Shown here: positions 55,101 through 64,000 of the stretch, piece by piece
How positions within the stretch are numbered: position 1 is the first letter of the stretch
Layout of the letters: the number at the start of each line of letters is the position of its first letter
DNA from: an archaeon GW2011_AR10
Lineage (GTDB): Archaea; Iainarchaeota; Iainarchaeia; Iainarchaeales; GW2011-AR10
DNA length: 64,000 nt
NCBI GenBank assembly: GCA_000830275.1
Contig: CP010424.1
Location: forward strand, 622,782 to 686,781
Direction of reading: 5' to 3'
The notes under the pieces: model-generated
Told to the model about the DNA's origin: nothing
Seen by the model: the letters and a program-made list of their open reading frames with translations, nothing else
The model's database searches: none
Translations under genes and position numbers: made by a program

Positions 55101-58100
55101 CGCTGTTGAACCCGAACGCAGGCATAACTGTTGGGGTTAAGGTTGAGAAGCCTGGCTTCAGGCCGGTTGAAAAAGAAATAATCGTTACTGAGGACATTTT
55201 GGTTGCAACTCCTGCAACACTGAGGGAAACCCTTAAGGTTGGCTTGGCTCCAAGCAAAGAGCTTGCATTCGGTTTAAGCAATTTAACCCAAGTGCCCCTC
55301 ACTATTTCCAGTGTTGAGGAAAGCGCTGACTTCACTAACTTGGTGAAATTTTCATTTGATGAAACCCTTGAGGGAAGAGTAATTGGGGTTAGGGAGGACA
55401 GCAACTTAACTGTTAGGGTGAGCCTTGCTCCTGCTGGAACTATTGTTGATGAGCCTACTGCTGTGAATGGAGGGGTAAGCGTTTACGTAACGAACCCTGC
55501 ATTTAACCGCACTTGGCGCAGCGTTATTCCTGCAGAGATAAGGATTGGCTTTGGTGAGGAAATAGATGATGCAGACTGCTTCAGCATTTTTCCCAGCGAC
55601 TGGAGGATTTTCACTTCAACTGAGGCCAAATCGTTGAACGTTGATGTGAAGAACTCATGCAAGATTGGCGGAATTCCTGTTAATCTCAGGAACCTGCAGG
55701 CAAGGCTCGTAACCGGCAACCAAAACCAGGCTGGAGAATTCAGGGTTAAGAGCAACTTGGAGGGAAGCAACTCAGTAAATTTAACCGGCAGTTTCCAAAC
55801 CATTTCATTGGTTGTGCCGGAAAACTCGGAGTCAACTTTGACCTTTGATTTTAACCCTGCAAACGTCAAGAGCGCCAGCTCAGAGCTAAAGGTGGAGGTG
55901 AGGGCAATTAACCTTACGGTTAACGGGGCAGAAGAAGTGAAGCGGGCAATAAATGTGAAGGTTAGTGTGAATGACTTAGTGCAGTGCTTGGATATCCCGC
56001 AAAGGGAAGGCCTAAAGCTTTTGAGCTGCCCGTTCAATGTAGGTTATGGAAATTACCCCAACAATTTCGGCGGGGCATACGGTTATGGTGGGTATCCTTC
56101 TGGTTACTCTTACGGCCAAGGTTATGGTGGAACAAGCTATTATGGGAATCAGGCTTCAGGCTACAACCTTTATGGTGGAACAGGCTATTATGGGAACCAG
56201 GCTTCAGGCAACAACCTTTATGACCCTTCCAATACAGGCCTTGGTTATGGTAGCGGCTACAACAACTACAATCCTTACGGTTCCGGTTATGGACTTGGCG
56301 CTGGTTATGGTGGAACAACAAGCTCTTACGGTTACAGTTCCTATGACCCTTACCAAACTCAATCCGGCTACGGAAGCGGATTGCCTCCATACATTGGCAC
56401 GCTTTCACAGCTTGGCTCAACTTACCCTAACCCATCTTATTACTCCCCATCCTATGGCGGCGACTACTATGATAGAAGCGCTAACAACAGGTTTGGGTGC
56501 GGCCCTGGATTAGGCCAGGGAAAAGCAGAAATAGTGCTCAACAATTCCTGCACTGACTCGGTTGAAGTGCAGGCAAGGGATGCTGATGGTTTGATAATTA
56601 ATGAGTCAACTGTTAAGATTGAGAAAGGAAAGCAGGGAAAAATCAGTGTGCAGCCAGCCTACTTTGTTGGAAGGTATCCTGTAGAGATTTCAGCAAGGCT
56701 TGAAGGAAGCGAAGAGTCATTCACTCCGATTGATTCCGTAAACGTAATCGTGGAGAACCCTTTAACTCTTTCATACAGGGACTGCATCAGTGTTTCTCCT
56801 TCAAGGAAGCTTTCATTCAACAACTTTTTCGGAAGGCCTGTAACATTGAAAGTTATAAACAGCTGCGTGAATGAAGGAGTGCGGCTGCTTTTCAGCAACG
56901 ACACGATTTTCTTTTCAAGTGGCGCATTGAGGCAGCCAACCGACGTTAGGAGCGGATTCCACGAAATGATTGAGAACTGGGCAATACTTGATGAAAAGTT
57001 TGAGTCAGCACCAGACGGCAAAACCACTCAAATACTTGAGTTTGAAATAGTGAAAGCGCTGAAGCAGTACTGCAATCAAGCACCGCCTTTCCCAAAAGAG
57101 GGAAGCATTTTCCAGCAGGTGGGAAACTTGCGCTACTTTGCTTCTTCAGCGTACTACTCTGTTCTGGGAAGAGCAAGTTTGACTGTTAAGTTTTTCACTC
57201 CTTTTGGCAGTGAGAGCAGGATTGCTTTCCCGATGGAAATAGAGGACTTCTGGGAGGGGCTGCCTTACGGTGAAAGGCTCATAAGCTACGGTGACCCGAA
57301 TTACACTCCAGACCAATGCGTGAAGCCTGATGCATTGAATTTCAACAACACTTACAATGGGTGCATTCCTATTGGAGAGCTTGACAGGCTTGCAACGCAG
57401 CCTTTTTCAACAAAGAATAATGGAGGCTTAATGGTTGTTGCAGCGCCACAGCCAGTCAGCCAGACTTGCCAGAGCTTCCAGGCACTAGTGCAGGCCGGCG
57501 CGCCAGAGAAAGGCGGCTGCGGAACTGTTGACACAATTTCAGGGCTTTCAAGCAACAGGATTGAAAAGAACGGAATGGTGTTTTACTTTAATGCCCTCAA
57601 TAACCGCGACATTGAAATGCGCGTTGACAAGTCAGCCTGGAACGGAAAAAAGGTTGAGGTTGAGGAAACATTGTTTGTTACAGTTAACAGGGTGGTGCCT
57701 TCAAGCAGCAAGCGGGTTGCTGTGCCGGTCAAGCTGTGCGTTGAAGGCGGAGCTAATATTGGGCAGGAAGAGCAGAGCATAATTGACAAACTTGATGACA
57801 AGTACGGCGAAAACAGGTGGAAGGAACTCGGCGAGTCCGACTTGAATAAGGCAATAAAGGAGGCCAAACCCAATGCAACCAATGAAGAAATCAAAAAAAT
57901 AACGGATTTGGCTAATGAAACCCCAACAACAGGAGAGGCTTTTGTGTGCGAGGCGGGAAAGAGTGGCAGCGCTGTTTACAAGGAGCTTGGCTTTGACAAG
58001 CTGTTGTTTGATTGGCGCTATGACAGCATTGGCATGCAGGCGTGCGATGCAGGTAATGCAGTAGCCTATTACTGTGATGCAACACAGCTGTCAGTGGAGT

Positions 58101-60121
58101 TGAACAAGAAGGCAGAGCAGGTAAGGACAGCGGTAAGCAAGCTGCCGAGAGAAAACTGCGGGGTTGAAGGCATAACTGATTGCAATAAGTTTGAGAACTC
58201 GAAGGAGTTGCTGCGTTTCTTCCGCAGCACAGCTGATGTTACAGATCATGCAAGGAGTGATAAGCCTGTGCTGCGCTTCTTCAAGGACTCAAATGGCAAA
58301 ATACTTGAAAATACTTCTGCAACAGAGGAAACAAAGAAGACATTGAAGGAATTGATGGATTCAATCAAAGGCACTTCAACGGATTCGATTGCTTCACAGC
58401 AGAAAACAATTGATGACACAACAGAGCTGTTGTTGAAGCTTGCTGCCAACAAGGAAGTTGACAATGGCAAAGACATTGTTGGCTTGCTGAAGAAAGAGCC
58501 TACGGGCCTGCAGGACAAGCACAAGGAAACACTGAAAGAGTTGGGCATTACTGAAGGGGAAGTGCTTGCTGTTGGCAATGAGGAATTTTATCTCATTACT
58601 TTCGAGGAATTCAAGCTGTTCCACCTAAACACTGACAAAGCAAAGAATGAAGCGCAGTGCGGCGGCTCTCCTGAGAACAAGAACTGCTGGGTTGAAAAGA
58701 ATGAAACCGGAGAGGTAATCAAAGTCAGAATCAAGGAAACCAATGAAGGGAATTTAGACGGAACCCTTATTGACACAACTTTCATGCCAGACTTCTATAA
58801 CAGCTTTGCGGGCTTTGTTGTCGGAGTACGGAATAAGCCGGAATTGAATGACTCGCAAAGAAAGGTTTTGATGAAGGACATTAAGGGAAGCGAGTTTGGC
58901 TTGGCAGAATTCAGCAACTTTGAGGAATTCTATAACCAAGATATTAACTTTAATGCAAACCTTATAAAGGACGGCTACAGCACTGATTTCAGGAAAGACT
59001 TTGCGAAGGCATCAGAGTACAAGGAACATATTGTAGGGACATTCTATTCTGAAGACAGTGCTGCGCCAAGATGGGGTTTCACGGTTAAGCAGTCTGCAAG
59101 CGACAGTGGCGCAAGCAATGCAGCGCTGCCTGACACTGGCACTTACAATGTTGGCTTGGCTTATGATTGGAGCAAGGGAACTTTAAACAACCAAATAAAA
59201 GTGCAGGTTGACTTAACGCTGAAAGAAAGGCTTAAAGGCAATTACGCAAAGAACGCGCTGTTTTACCTGCCAGTGGATGGCAGGATTGGCTTTGAGTCAA
59301 GCAGCCTTGAATTCAGCAGGGAAGACTATGGCTCTGGTTTCAGCGGCAACACCGGCCTGCTTAGGTTTGCAAACTATTCTCAGGTTGAAGGGGCTGTGCT
59401 TGACCCGATTGCTGAAAAGGGTTCAGGCAAGGAACAGTTCAAGGTTAACTACACCTCTGCCTTTGATGTTGGAAAGACAGCTTCCAAAGTGCTTTCAATT
59501 GATTCAACTGCCAAAGAAATTGTTTTCTCTCCGAGAGACCCTGTTGCAGTTGAAGTTGGAGTTGAGAAGAGAACAAACCCGCAGATTCCTGCAGGGTTTT
59601 TGTACAGCGTTTTTGGCGGAACAACCCAGGCTGGAAGCGTTGCATCACTGCTTGAGTGGCAGGTAACAGAAGACACGGTAACGGATGATGGAAATAGAAC
59701 AGCAAAGGATTCAGCGCATGCAAGCGATGAATTATGCAAAACAGGAAGCGAATCATTTTATGGCTTTGTTTTTAGCAGCGGGAAAGTAGGCCAAACAAAG
59801 ATGAAGACAATAATTTATGCTCCCACTAACACTGCATCGGTTGCAGTTTCGCGGCTCAACATTGTGTGCTGGAAGGACTCTGGCAGCGGAAGGGCAAGGG
59901 ACATTCTTGCAGATAAAAGCTTCACGCTTTCCATTGGGTCGAACCAGCTGAATCACTCTGAGAAGGACAGGATCAGAAGTGATTACACTGTTAAGAATTT
60001 GATTGAAATGGTTAAGAGCGGTGGCGAGAAAGGAAGGGTTTGCGTTGAGTCAGGAACTGAAACAGAGAAGAAACTAAACTTTTACTGGAACCCAGACAAG
60101 ATATTCGATGAATTCGGTTAG
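52112..60121 (+). CDS. Giant surface protein 2 (2,669 aa), paralogue of giant 1
   Basis: Same N-terminal motif, transmembrane helix (VAVLFSFLVLILVGWLVLGLV) and repeated beta-sandwich modules (GTIIVSVTDSSGTPLQGIDVSVVV..., GSIRVLVKDAVSLKAIENATVSVSKE...); Y/G/S-rich region at about 56040-56475; no C-terminal hydrophobic segment. Confidence 0.7.
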   Translation: MPEGKKGLYASLEGKYYDLLDWLDTKGIPVYSVVDWIEDKNIPSFPVAVLFSFLVLILVGWLVLGLVAPGKATLSVSVFDESLSPVSNVEVSASTASGGTIGPELTDASGVASITVPMNEEILVEAKKEPDFRTKTETFTAIKQEESLELELQRTVSTLRKTIEILRPGTNELVDELVELELRCSEKPEFSERVTTTTGIITVEVQSDCGTLHVTPANGFTASGTTSFDVRVEGTIELFLREEETGKGTIIVSVTDSSGTPLQGIDVSVVVRSDESEIGSVVETKQTLASGTVTFLEVPEGTYSVTAFDRTGTFSEFDSSEIGLVQEVADGATKTFSIALEKTVVGSIRVLVKDAVSLKAIENATVSVSKESVNLPQKKTDAEGRAEFGVGEQVKYTVVVDKEGYLIEELELEPANEFREVLLREATAENSQSLTVIVRDEVGDPIENVRITLRNAETDAQVGRELVTGIAGIALFERVEAGTYYVFALKPGFGEKTSQTFTLNRRQENRVELTISIGSGAVELMVFDEAKQPMAGTSVKLLDFYSKEVLSEGITGSDGIASLAARADKTVYAVVTLSGYLPYITRTVRMGKDVTQQLEAGMRKEISALSLELVSLQLGEETVRDVEVPSLEPGQRYKAKFLLLVPKGSALEEAGVHLRVGASEEGKTNVLEKDDLYILGVSSAFSEILRGTSFTPPIGYGADAQHFTSAEAKWVNVFFSQPANGVIEVEAEIQVRENARRGSALDLWYRAWGKTGSYLRFPSDAALGSSENSASKQALYAQAKNKKFSVGPTNLCLNEFCSTVSIEDLREELETSVVDEYVAEIGNNYRLKFSINSVSSELFEQAELQVVDSTGSLAFGNYDISTVAGERRSGTATGSELRVGIGSLAKDDFFNGTLEFSSRKEGTALVQLSVISSNQRVFEKEVRILVLPAEEMSVDILPKIIVPFINNNILVQASTEAEDGLLLPVPNASVSLKKDGEVVASGFTDSAGIFPYTLLNPNAGITVGVKVEKPGFRPVEKEIIVTEDILVATPATLRETLKVGLAPSKELAFGLSNLTQVPLTISSVEESADFTNLVKFSFDETLEGRVIGVREDSNLTVRVSLAPAGTIVDEPTAVNGGVSVYVTNPAFNRTWRSVIPAEIRIGFGEEIDDADCFSIFPSDWRIFTSTEAKSLNVDVKNSCKIGGIPVNLRNLQARLVTGNQNQAGEFRVKSNLEGSNSVNLTGSFQTISLVVPENSESTLTFDFNPANVKSASSELKVEVRAINLTVNGAEEVKRAINVKVSVNDLVQCLDIPQREGLKLLSCPFNVGYGNYPNNFGGAYGYGGYPSGYSYGQGYGGTSYYGNQASGYNLYGGTGYYGNQASGNNLYDPSNTGLGYGSGYNNYNPYGSGYGLGAGYGGTTSSYGYSSYDPYQTQSGYGSGLPPYIGTLSQLGSTYPNPSYYSPSYGGDYYDRSANNRFGCGPGLGQGKAEIVLNNSCTDSVEVQARDADGLIINESTVKIEKGKQGKISVQPAYFVGRYPVEISARLEGSEESFTPIDSVNVIVENPLTLSYRDCISVSPSRKLSFNNFFGRPVTLKVINSCVNEGVRLLFSNDTIFFSSGALRQPTDVRSGFHEMIENWAILDEKFESAPDGKTTQILEFEIVKALKQYCNQAPPFPKEGSIFQQVGNLRYFASSAYYSVLGRASLTVKFFTPFGSESRIAFPMEIEDFWEGLPYGERLISYGDPNYTPDQCVKPDALNFNNTYNGCIPIGELDRLATQPFSTKNNGGLMVVAAPQPVSQTCQSFQALVQAGAPEKGGCGTVDTISGLSSNRIEKNGMVFYFNALNNRDIEMRVDKSAWNGKKVEVEETLFVTVNRVVPSSSKRVAVPVKLCVEGGANIGQEEQSIIDKLDDKYGENRWKELGESDLNKAIKEAKPNATNEEIKKITDLANETPTTGEAFVCEAGKSGSAVYKELGFDKLLFDWRYDSIGMQACDAGNAVAYYCDATQLSVELNKKAEQVRTAVSKLPRENCGVEGITDCNKFENSKELLRFFRSTADVTDHARSDKPVLRFFKDSNGKILENTSATEETKKTLKELMDSIKGTSTDSIASQQKTIDDTTELLLKLAANKEVDNGKDIVGLLKKEPTGLQDKHKETLKELGITEGEVLAVGNEEFYLITFEEFKLFHLNTDKAKNEAQCGGSPENKNCWVEKNETGEVIKVRIKETNEGNLDGTLIDTTFMPDFYNSFAGFVVGVRNKPELNDSQRKVLMKDIKGSEFGLAEFSNFEEFYNQDINFNANLIKDGYSTDFRKDFAKASEYKEHIVGTFYSEDSAAPRWGFTVKQSASDSGASNAALPDTGTYNVGLAYDWSKGTLNNQIKVQVDLTLKERLKGNYAKNALFYLPVDGRIGFESSSLEFSREDYGSGFSGNTGLLRFANYSQVEGAVLDPIAEKGSGKEQFKVNYTSAFDVGKTASKVLSIDSTAKEIVFSPRDPVAVEVGVEKRTNPQIPAGFLYSVFGGTTQAGSVASLLEWQVTEDTVTDDGNRTAKDSAHASDELCKTGSESFYGFVFSSGKVGQTKMKTIIYAPTNTASVAVSRLNIVCWKDSGSGRARDILADKSFTLSIGSNQLNHSEKDRIRSDYTVKNLIEMVKSGGEKGRVCVESGTETEKKLNFYWNPDKIFDEFG
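56126..56221 (+). repeat. In-frame 48-bp tandem duplication inside the Y/G-rich region of giant gene 2
   Basis: Unit 1 (56126-56173) encodes GGTSYYGNQASGYNLY and unit 2 (56174-56221) GGTGYYGNQASGNNLY; the two units differ at a handful of positions. Confidence 0.6.
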
Positions 60122-60181
60122 TGAAAGAAAAAATGCAAGCAAAGCAAGCACGTGACATACAAGTGAAAAGAGCATAGCAGA

Positions 60182-60667
60182 TTGAGGCTTCAGTTTATGA
60201 ATGAGAACCAATTGATTTATGTGCCGTTGAATTTTATCATGTTTCTTGTGGGCCTCGCGGTTGGCTTCTTTCTGGAATTGAACATCGCGCCTTTCACTTT
60301 TGGCATTCACCCCGCTGTTGACGCAGTTGTTTTAACTTTCGGGGTTTTCGTGCTCTCAATTGTTTTCTATGGTTACCTTAACCCTGTTATTTTCCTTTAT
60401 ATTGGCCTGCTTCACTCAGGCCTGGTTTCAGGGAACCCTATTGGAGTGGTAATGCTCTTGCTTCCATTGCTTGTTGCATCTTATGGGGGTGGAATGACTG
60501 CAGGCTATTTGGCGGTTGACCTGCACGAGGAAGGCAACCTGTTCGAGCACAAAATCCAGATAGCGGCTTTTTTCTTTGGGGCGCTGTTTTTGGCGCTTGT
60601 AATAGGGCTGCTTTACGGTTTTCTCCCCAACCTGGAGGAACTTGACAGCCTGATTTTTTATGATTAA
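60182..60667 (+). CDS. Hypothetical polytopic membrane protein
   Basis: 161 aa with about four to five helices. Confidence 0.45.
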   Translation: MRLQFMNENQLIYVPLNFIMFLVGLAVGFFLELNIAPFTFGIHPAVDAVVLTFGVFVLSIVFYGYLNPVIFLYIGLLHSGLVSGNPIGVVMLLLPLLVASYGGGMTAGYLAVDLHEEGNLFEHKIQIAAFFFGALFLALVIGLLYGFLPNLEELDSLIFYD

Positions 60668-60717
60668 CCTATGGCAAAATGCTTATGTGTTTGAACAAAA
60701 AATTGCATTTTTGAAAC

Positions 60718-60761
60718 CAGCAAACAGCAAATTAAATGTTAAAAAATCAAGCTGTTTGCTG
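60718..60761 (+). promoter_or_regulatory. Recurrent inverted-repeat element, site C
   Basis: CAGCAAACAGC-N22-GCTGTTTGCTG, 115 nt upstream of ATG 60876; spacer and about 40 nt of upstream flank match the reverse complement of site A. Confidence 0.5.
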
Positions 60762-60875
60762 TACGCTTAAACATAACAAAAAGTTATGATTAAAACCATA
60801 ACCAAAAAGTATATTAATATTAGATTAATTAGATTACTTATATTAATTTGGAAATTACCTGCGCACGGTGAATAA

Positions 60876-63800
60876 ATGGGTGTCCTAGATTCATTGAAAA
60901 ACATTTATTTTGGCCTCGAGGAAAAGTACTATTCTCTGCTGGACAAAATCGATGAAAGGATCCCAATTTACAAGATAATCGACCCAATTGACAAGATTGT
61001 GCCGAGTTTTGCACTGGTTTTAATCATCGGTTTCTTGCTCCTTGTTTTGGCACTATGGTGGCTTGCAGGAATACTGCTGCCGCCGACAACCTCAACCCTG
61101 ACAATTGTTGTGGTGGAAGAGGATAAAACTCCAATAGAAAATGCTGCCGTAACTTTTTCGGTTGGCGGTGAGGAAGAAAGCAGGGAGCGCACAAACGAAA
61201 ACGGTGAAGCAAAGCTTGAGGGCATTGAAAAGGGAACAGAGGTGTTCGTTGAAGCCGAGAAAGAAGGCTATCAGACAAGGACAAGGAGCGTGTTCGTTTC
61301 AGAGGTTCCAAGCCAGGTTGAAGAAATCGTTTTGGAGCTGGAGGAAGCTGCATTTGAAACAAAAACAATCAGGCTTGTTGATTCTCTTGGGCAAGGCGTT
61401 CCGGCTGAGTTCACGCTTACTTTCAGCTGCAGTGACCCTTTTGCAACTCCGCCTTCACCGGTAAACCTGCTTAGAAGCGATTTTGGGGTTGCAAGGGTTC
61501 AGGTGCCAAGCAACTGCGGAACACTGCGCGTTTCAGTAATTGATGATGCAGGCTATGAAAACATAACAAGCATTGAGGTCATTGGGAATGACTTCAGGAT
61601 TGAGTTAAGTGAAGCAGTAAAGCCTGAAGGCACAATCGCGGTAAACCTGCTGGATGAAGACGGAAATCCAATTGAGGACTCAGTTGAAGTGCAGTTGTAC
61701 CGCTACGATGACCTGGTTCAGAACCCGGAAATAGGGCCAATTGATTTTGGTTACAGTTCCGGCGGGCAAGCAACATTTGTTGCAACTGTGGGACAGTACG
61801 TGGTGAAGACGTTTGACTCTTCCGGAGTTTATGGGGATGAAACTTCCGCCAGGATAACGCTTTCAGCTGATGAAACCAAGACAGTTAACATCACTTTAAC
61901 TGCGAATGTCATTGGGAGCATTAAGATTCAGGTAATTGATTCTGCTTCAAGGCAGCCGGTTGACAATGCAAAGGTAACATTAAAGTATCAGAGCGATGAA
62001 AGGCAGGTGGCGCAGCTCACAACTGACTCGGATGATGACGCAATAGTTGAGTTCTCCATTTCCAGGGACGTGGAATACAGGGTTTTGGTTGAAGCAGAAG
62101 CCTACCAGCTTGGAAAAAGGGAGAGCCTTGAAATAAGCAGTGCTGTTGTAGTGGTTGAGCTCAACAAGTGCACTCCAACAACTTGCGGAAAGCTTTTAGT
62201 GAAGGTGCTAGACCAAGACGGGGAACCAGTGGAAAATGCTGCTGTTTCATTGTACAATGCTTCAACCAATTACCTGGCTGGCTACAGCAACAAGGTGTCT
62301 GATCTCAATGGAGTTGCAGAGTTTACTGGAGTCAGCTCCGGAAACTACTTTGCGTTTGCGTTCAAGGAAACAATTTCAGGGAGAAGCGACACAACATATT
62401 TCAGCAGTACAAGCAATGACGATGAAGACGTTGACTTGACTGTTTCAATGGAGATTCCAAACGGGATTGTGAGGGCGCTTATTGTTGACAAGGAAGGAAG
62501 AGGAATTGCTTTTCCAATTGTTACTGTGTTTGATGCGCGCACAAACGAGGTCATTGGCTCAAGGCAGGGGGAAGCGGATGGCACCTTCGAGCTTGAAACA
62601 AAGGCTGACAAAAGGGTTTACCTGCGCGTTAGGCAGAAGGACTCAAAGCCAAGGATGGCAGACTACTTCACTGTAGCGAGGCCTGTTGTGCCGTCAACCA
62701 TTCAGGAGTTCACAATAGTAATGGAGCCGGAAATAATTGACAAGGACATCGAGGCAGAGTTTTTGGGTTTGTTCCAAGCAGGGGAAAGGGCAAAGACTCT
62801 TTCAAAAGGAGAACAGTACACGGCAAGATTCAGGTTGCGCGTGCCAGAGGAAAAGGATTACTCTGAAACAGGAATGCACATCAGGGTTGGAAAAGAACTC
62901 ATAATGGAAAAAGACCCCATTGTGTTGAAGGAAATAAACGCTCCAGCAGCATCAATCATCAAGGCAACAAAGTTTGACCCTGACTCAGGATTAAGCGAAC
63001 AGCAATATGCTTTGACGAATGATGACGCAAAATGGTCCAACATTGTTTGGAGCAATGAGCCGGCTGCAGGAATATATGAGGTTGAATCGGTTGTGGAAAT
63101 AAAGGAAACCGCCTCAATTCGCGATGAGCTGGAAGTGCATTGGCGGGGCTGGGCTGAAAACGGAATCAGGGAAAGAAATCCTGAGGATGACTCTGTTTCA
63201 ATTGAGCTTTACTCTAATACCCACACGCAGGTGTTTGAGGTTGGCGTAACCACTTTGTGCAGTGAGGACTTCTGTTTCAGCGCAAGGATAAGGGACCAGG
63301 AAGCAGGCCTAACCGAATCTGTTTCTGATGCGTACACTGCAAGGATTGGGAACACTTACGAATTTAGGTTCATTATTACAAACAACAACCCTTCAAGGAT
63401 TCACGACAACGCGGATCTTAGAATCAACAACGTTGACCAGGCAGTCAGGTTTTTGGAGTACAGCATGGTGAACGCGCAAACAGGAGAACTGCAAGGCGTA
63501 GTCAATGGTTCAGAATTTCCAAGGCTGAACGTTGGCAATTTGAGCCCAAACCAGGACATTGTTCTGACAACAGAGTTCGTAACATTGAAGCCAATCACAG
63601 GCATCATAAGCATCAGGCTTGTATCTGATGAGGCAATTGTTTTCGAGAAAAACCTTACAATCCAGATTTCTGCGCCGAAGGAAATGACTGTAACTGTTCT
63701 ACCGCAGCGCTATGCTTCCGGCATAGAAACAGACATTAATGTGCTGGTCAAGGACAAGGAAACAAGGCTTGAGCTGGAGGAAGCTGTTGTAAGGCTCAAA

Positions 63801-64000
63801 GACAGAAGGGATAACACCATTGAAGCAACTCAAACAGGCAAAGACGGCTTTGCTTTCCTCATTGTTCCAGCGCAGATGCCGGGAGAGGTTCTAACGCTTG
63901 AAGTAAGAAAGCCTGGCTACAACACGAAGGAAGTTGAGCTGAAAATTGAGTCAGGGGTGCTTGAGTTAAGCCCTGACCAGCTAGGCGTGCAGTTGAATGT
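60876..64000 (+). CDS. Giant surface protein 3 (5' partial, >1,040 aa), third paralogue
   Basis: Hand translation from ATG 60876 stays open to the window end (absent from the ORF track, presumably because no stop is reached). N-terminus MGVLDSLKNIYFGLEEKYYSLLDKIDERIPIYKIIDPIDKIVPSFALVLIIGFLLLVLALWWLAG aligns with giants 1 and 2, followed by similar beta-sandwich modules. Confidence 0.6.
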   Translation, partial: MGVLDSLKNIYFGLEEKYYSLLDKIDERIPIYKIIDPIDKIVPSFALVLIIGFLLLVLALWWLAGILLPPTTSTLTIVVVEEDKTPIENAAVTFSVGGEEESRERTNENGEAKLEGIEKGTEVFVEAEKEGYQTRTRSVFVSEVPSQVEEIVLELEEAAFETKTIRLVDSLGQGVPAEFTLTFSCSDPFATPPSPVNLLRSDFGVARVQVPSNCGTLRVSVIDDAGYENITSIEVIGNDFRIELSEAVKPEGTIAVNLLDEDGNPIEDSVEVQLYRYDDLVQNPEIGPIDFGYSSGGQATFVATVGQYVVKTFDSSGVYGDETSARITLSADETKTVNITLTANVIGSIKIQVIDSASRQPVDNAKVTLKYQSDERQVAQLTTDSDDDAIVEFSISRDVEYRVLVEAEAYQLGKRESLEISSAVVVVELNKCTPTTCGKLLVKVLDQDGEPVENAAVSLYNASTNYLAGYSNKVSDLNGVAEFTGVSSGNYFAFAFKETISGRSDTTYFSSTSNDDEDVDLTVSMEIPNGIVRALIVDKEGRGIAFPIVTVFDARTNEVIGSRQGEADGTFELETKADKRVYLRVRQKDSKPRMADYFTVARPVVPSTIQEFTIVMEPEIIDKDIEAEFLGLFQAGERAKTLSKGEQYTARFRLRVPEEKDYSETGMHIRVGKELIMEKDPIVLKEINAPAASIIKATKFDPDSGLSEQQYALTNDDAKWSNIVWSNEPAAGIYEVESVVEIKETASIRDELEVHWRGWAENGIRERNPEDDSVSIELYSNTHTQVFEVGVTTLCSEDFCFSARIRDQEAGLTESVSDAYTARIGNTYEFRFIITNNNPSRIHDNADLRINNVDQAVRFLEYSMVNAQTGELQGVVNGSEFPRLNVGNLSPNQDIVLTTEFVTLKPITGIISIRLVSDEAIVFEKNLTIQISAPKEMTVTVLPQRYASGIETDINVLVKDKETRLELEEAVVRLKDRRDNTIEATQTGKDGFAFLIVPAQMPGEVLTLEVRKPGYNTKEVELKIESGVLELSPDQLGVQLN

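Noticed and set aside
1-64000. CRISPR array
   Set aside because: The repeats found are two-copy tandem repeats or dispersed inverted repeats; there is no regularly spaced repeat-spacer array and no cas-like gene.
1-64000. Alternative genetic code (stop-codon reassignment)
   Set aside because: Well-supported genes end at TAA, TGA and TAG (e.g. TGA at 8017-8019 and 8807-8809, TAA at 505-507), and in-frame stops delimit ORFs normally.
41784-64000. Diversity-generating retroelement or mobile element behind the giant-gene array
   Set aside because: No reverse transcriptase, integrase or transposase ORF and no template/variable repeat pair were seen; the duplication looks like ordinary tandem paralogy.

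Overview
This 64-kb window is densely coding on both strands and looks like an accessory, surface-biology region of an archaeal genome, probably a small-celled host-associated (DPANN-like) lineage; the lineage call is inference only. The archaeal call rests on archaeal-type class III (prepilin) signal peptides with a K/R-G-Q motif, a PAC2-type proteasome assembly chaperone, FlaI/FlaJ-like type IV filament genes and AT-rich TATA-like upstream regions. TAA, TGA and TAG all terminate ORFs, so the standard code applies. The supplied ORF track translates TTG and GTG starts as M (e.g. 6682 is TTG), so several starts were re-chosen by eye. Contents in order: a surface-glycan cluster (acetyltransferase, GT2 glycosyltransferase, methyltransferase, flippase); a Tad-like pilus module (ATPase plus two separate platform half-genes); a PAC2 chaperone; large secreted/anchored proteins; a nine-gene archaeal type IV pilus operon with at least five class III signal-peptide proteins; vapBC and relBE-like toxin-antitoxin pairs; a secreted multi-domain peptidoglycan hydrolase; and three tandem paralogous giant surface proteins (2,834 aa, 2,669 aa, >1,040 aa running off the window end) that fill the last ~22 kb. 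The candidate undescribed system is this giant-protein array together with the pili and the murein hydrolase, read as a host-attachment apparatus; three families of conserved intergenic structured elements recur around these genes. No rRNA, tRNA, CRISPR array, integrase, transposase or reverse transcriptase was recognised. All family assignments come from motif recognition by eye; no database search was run.
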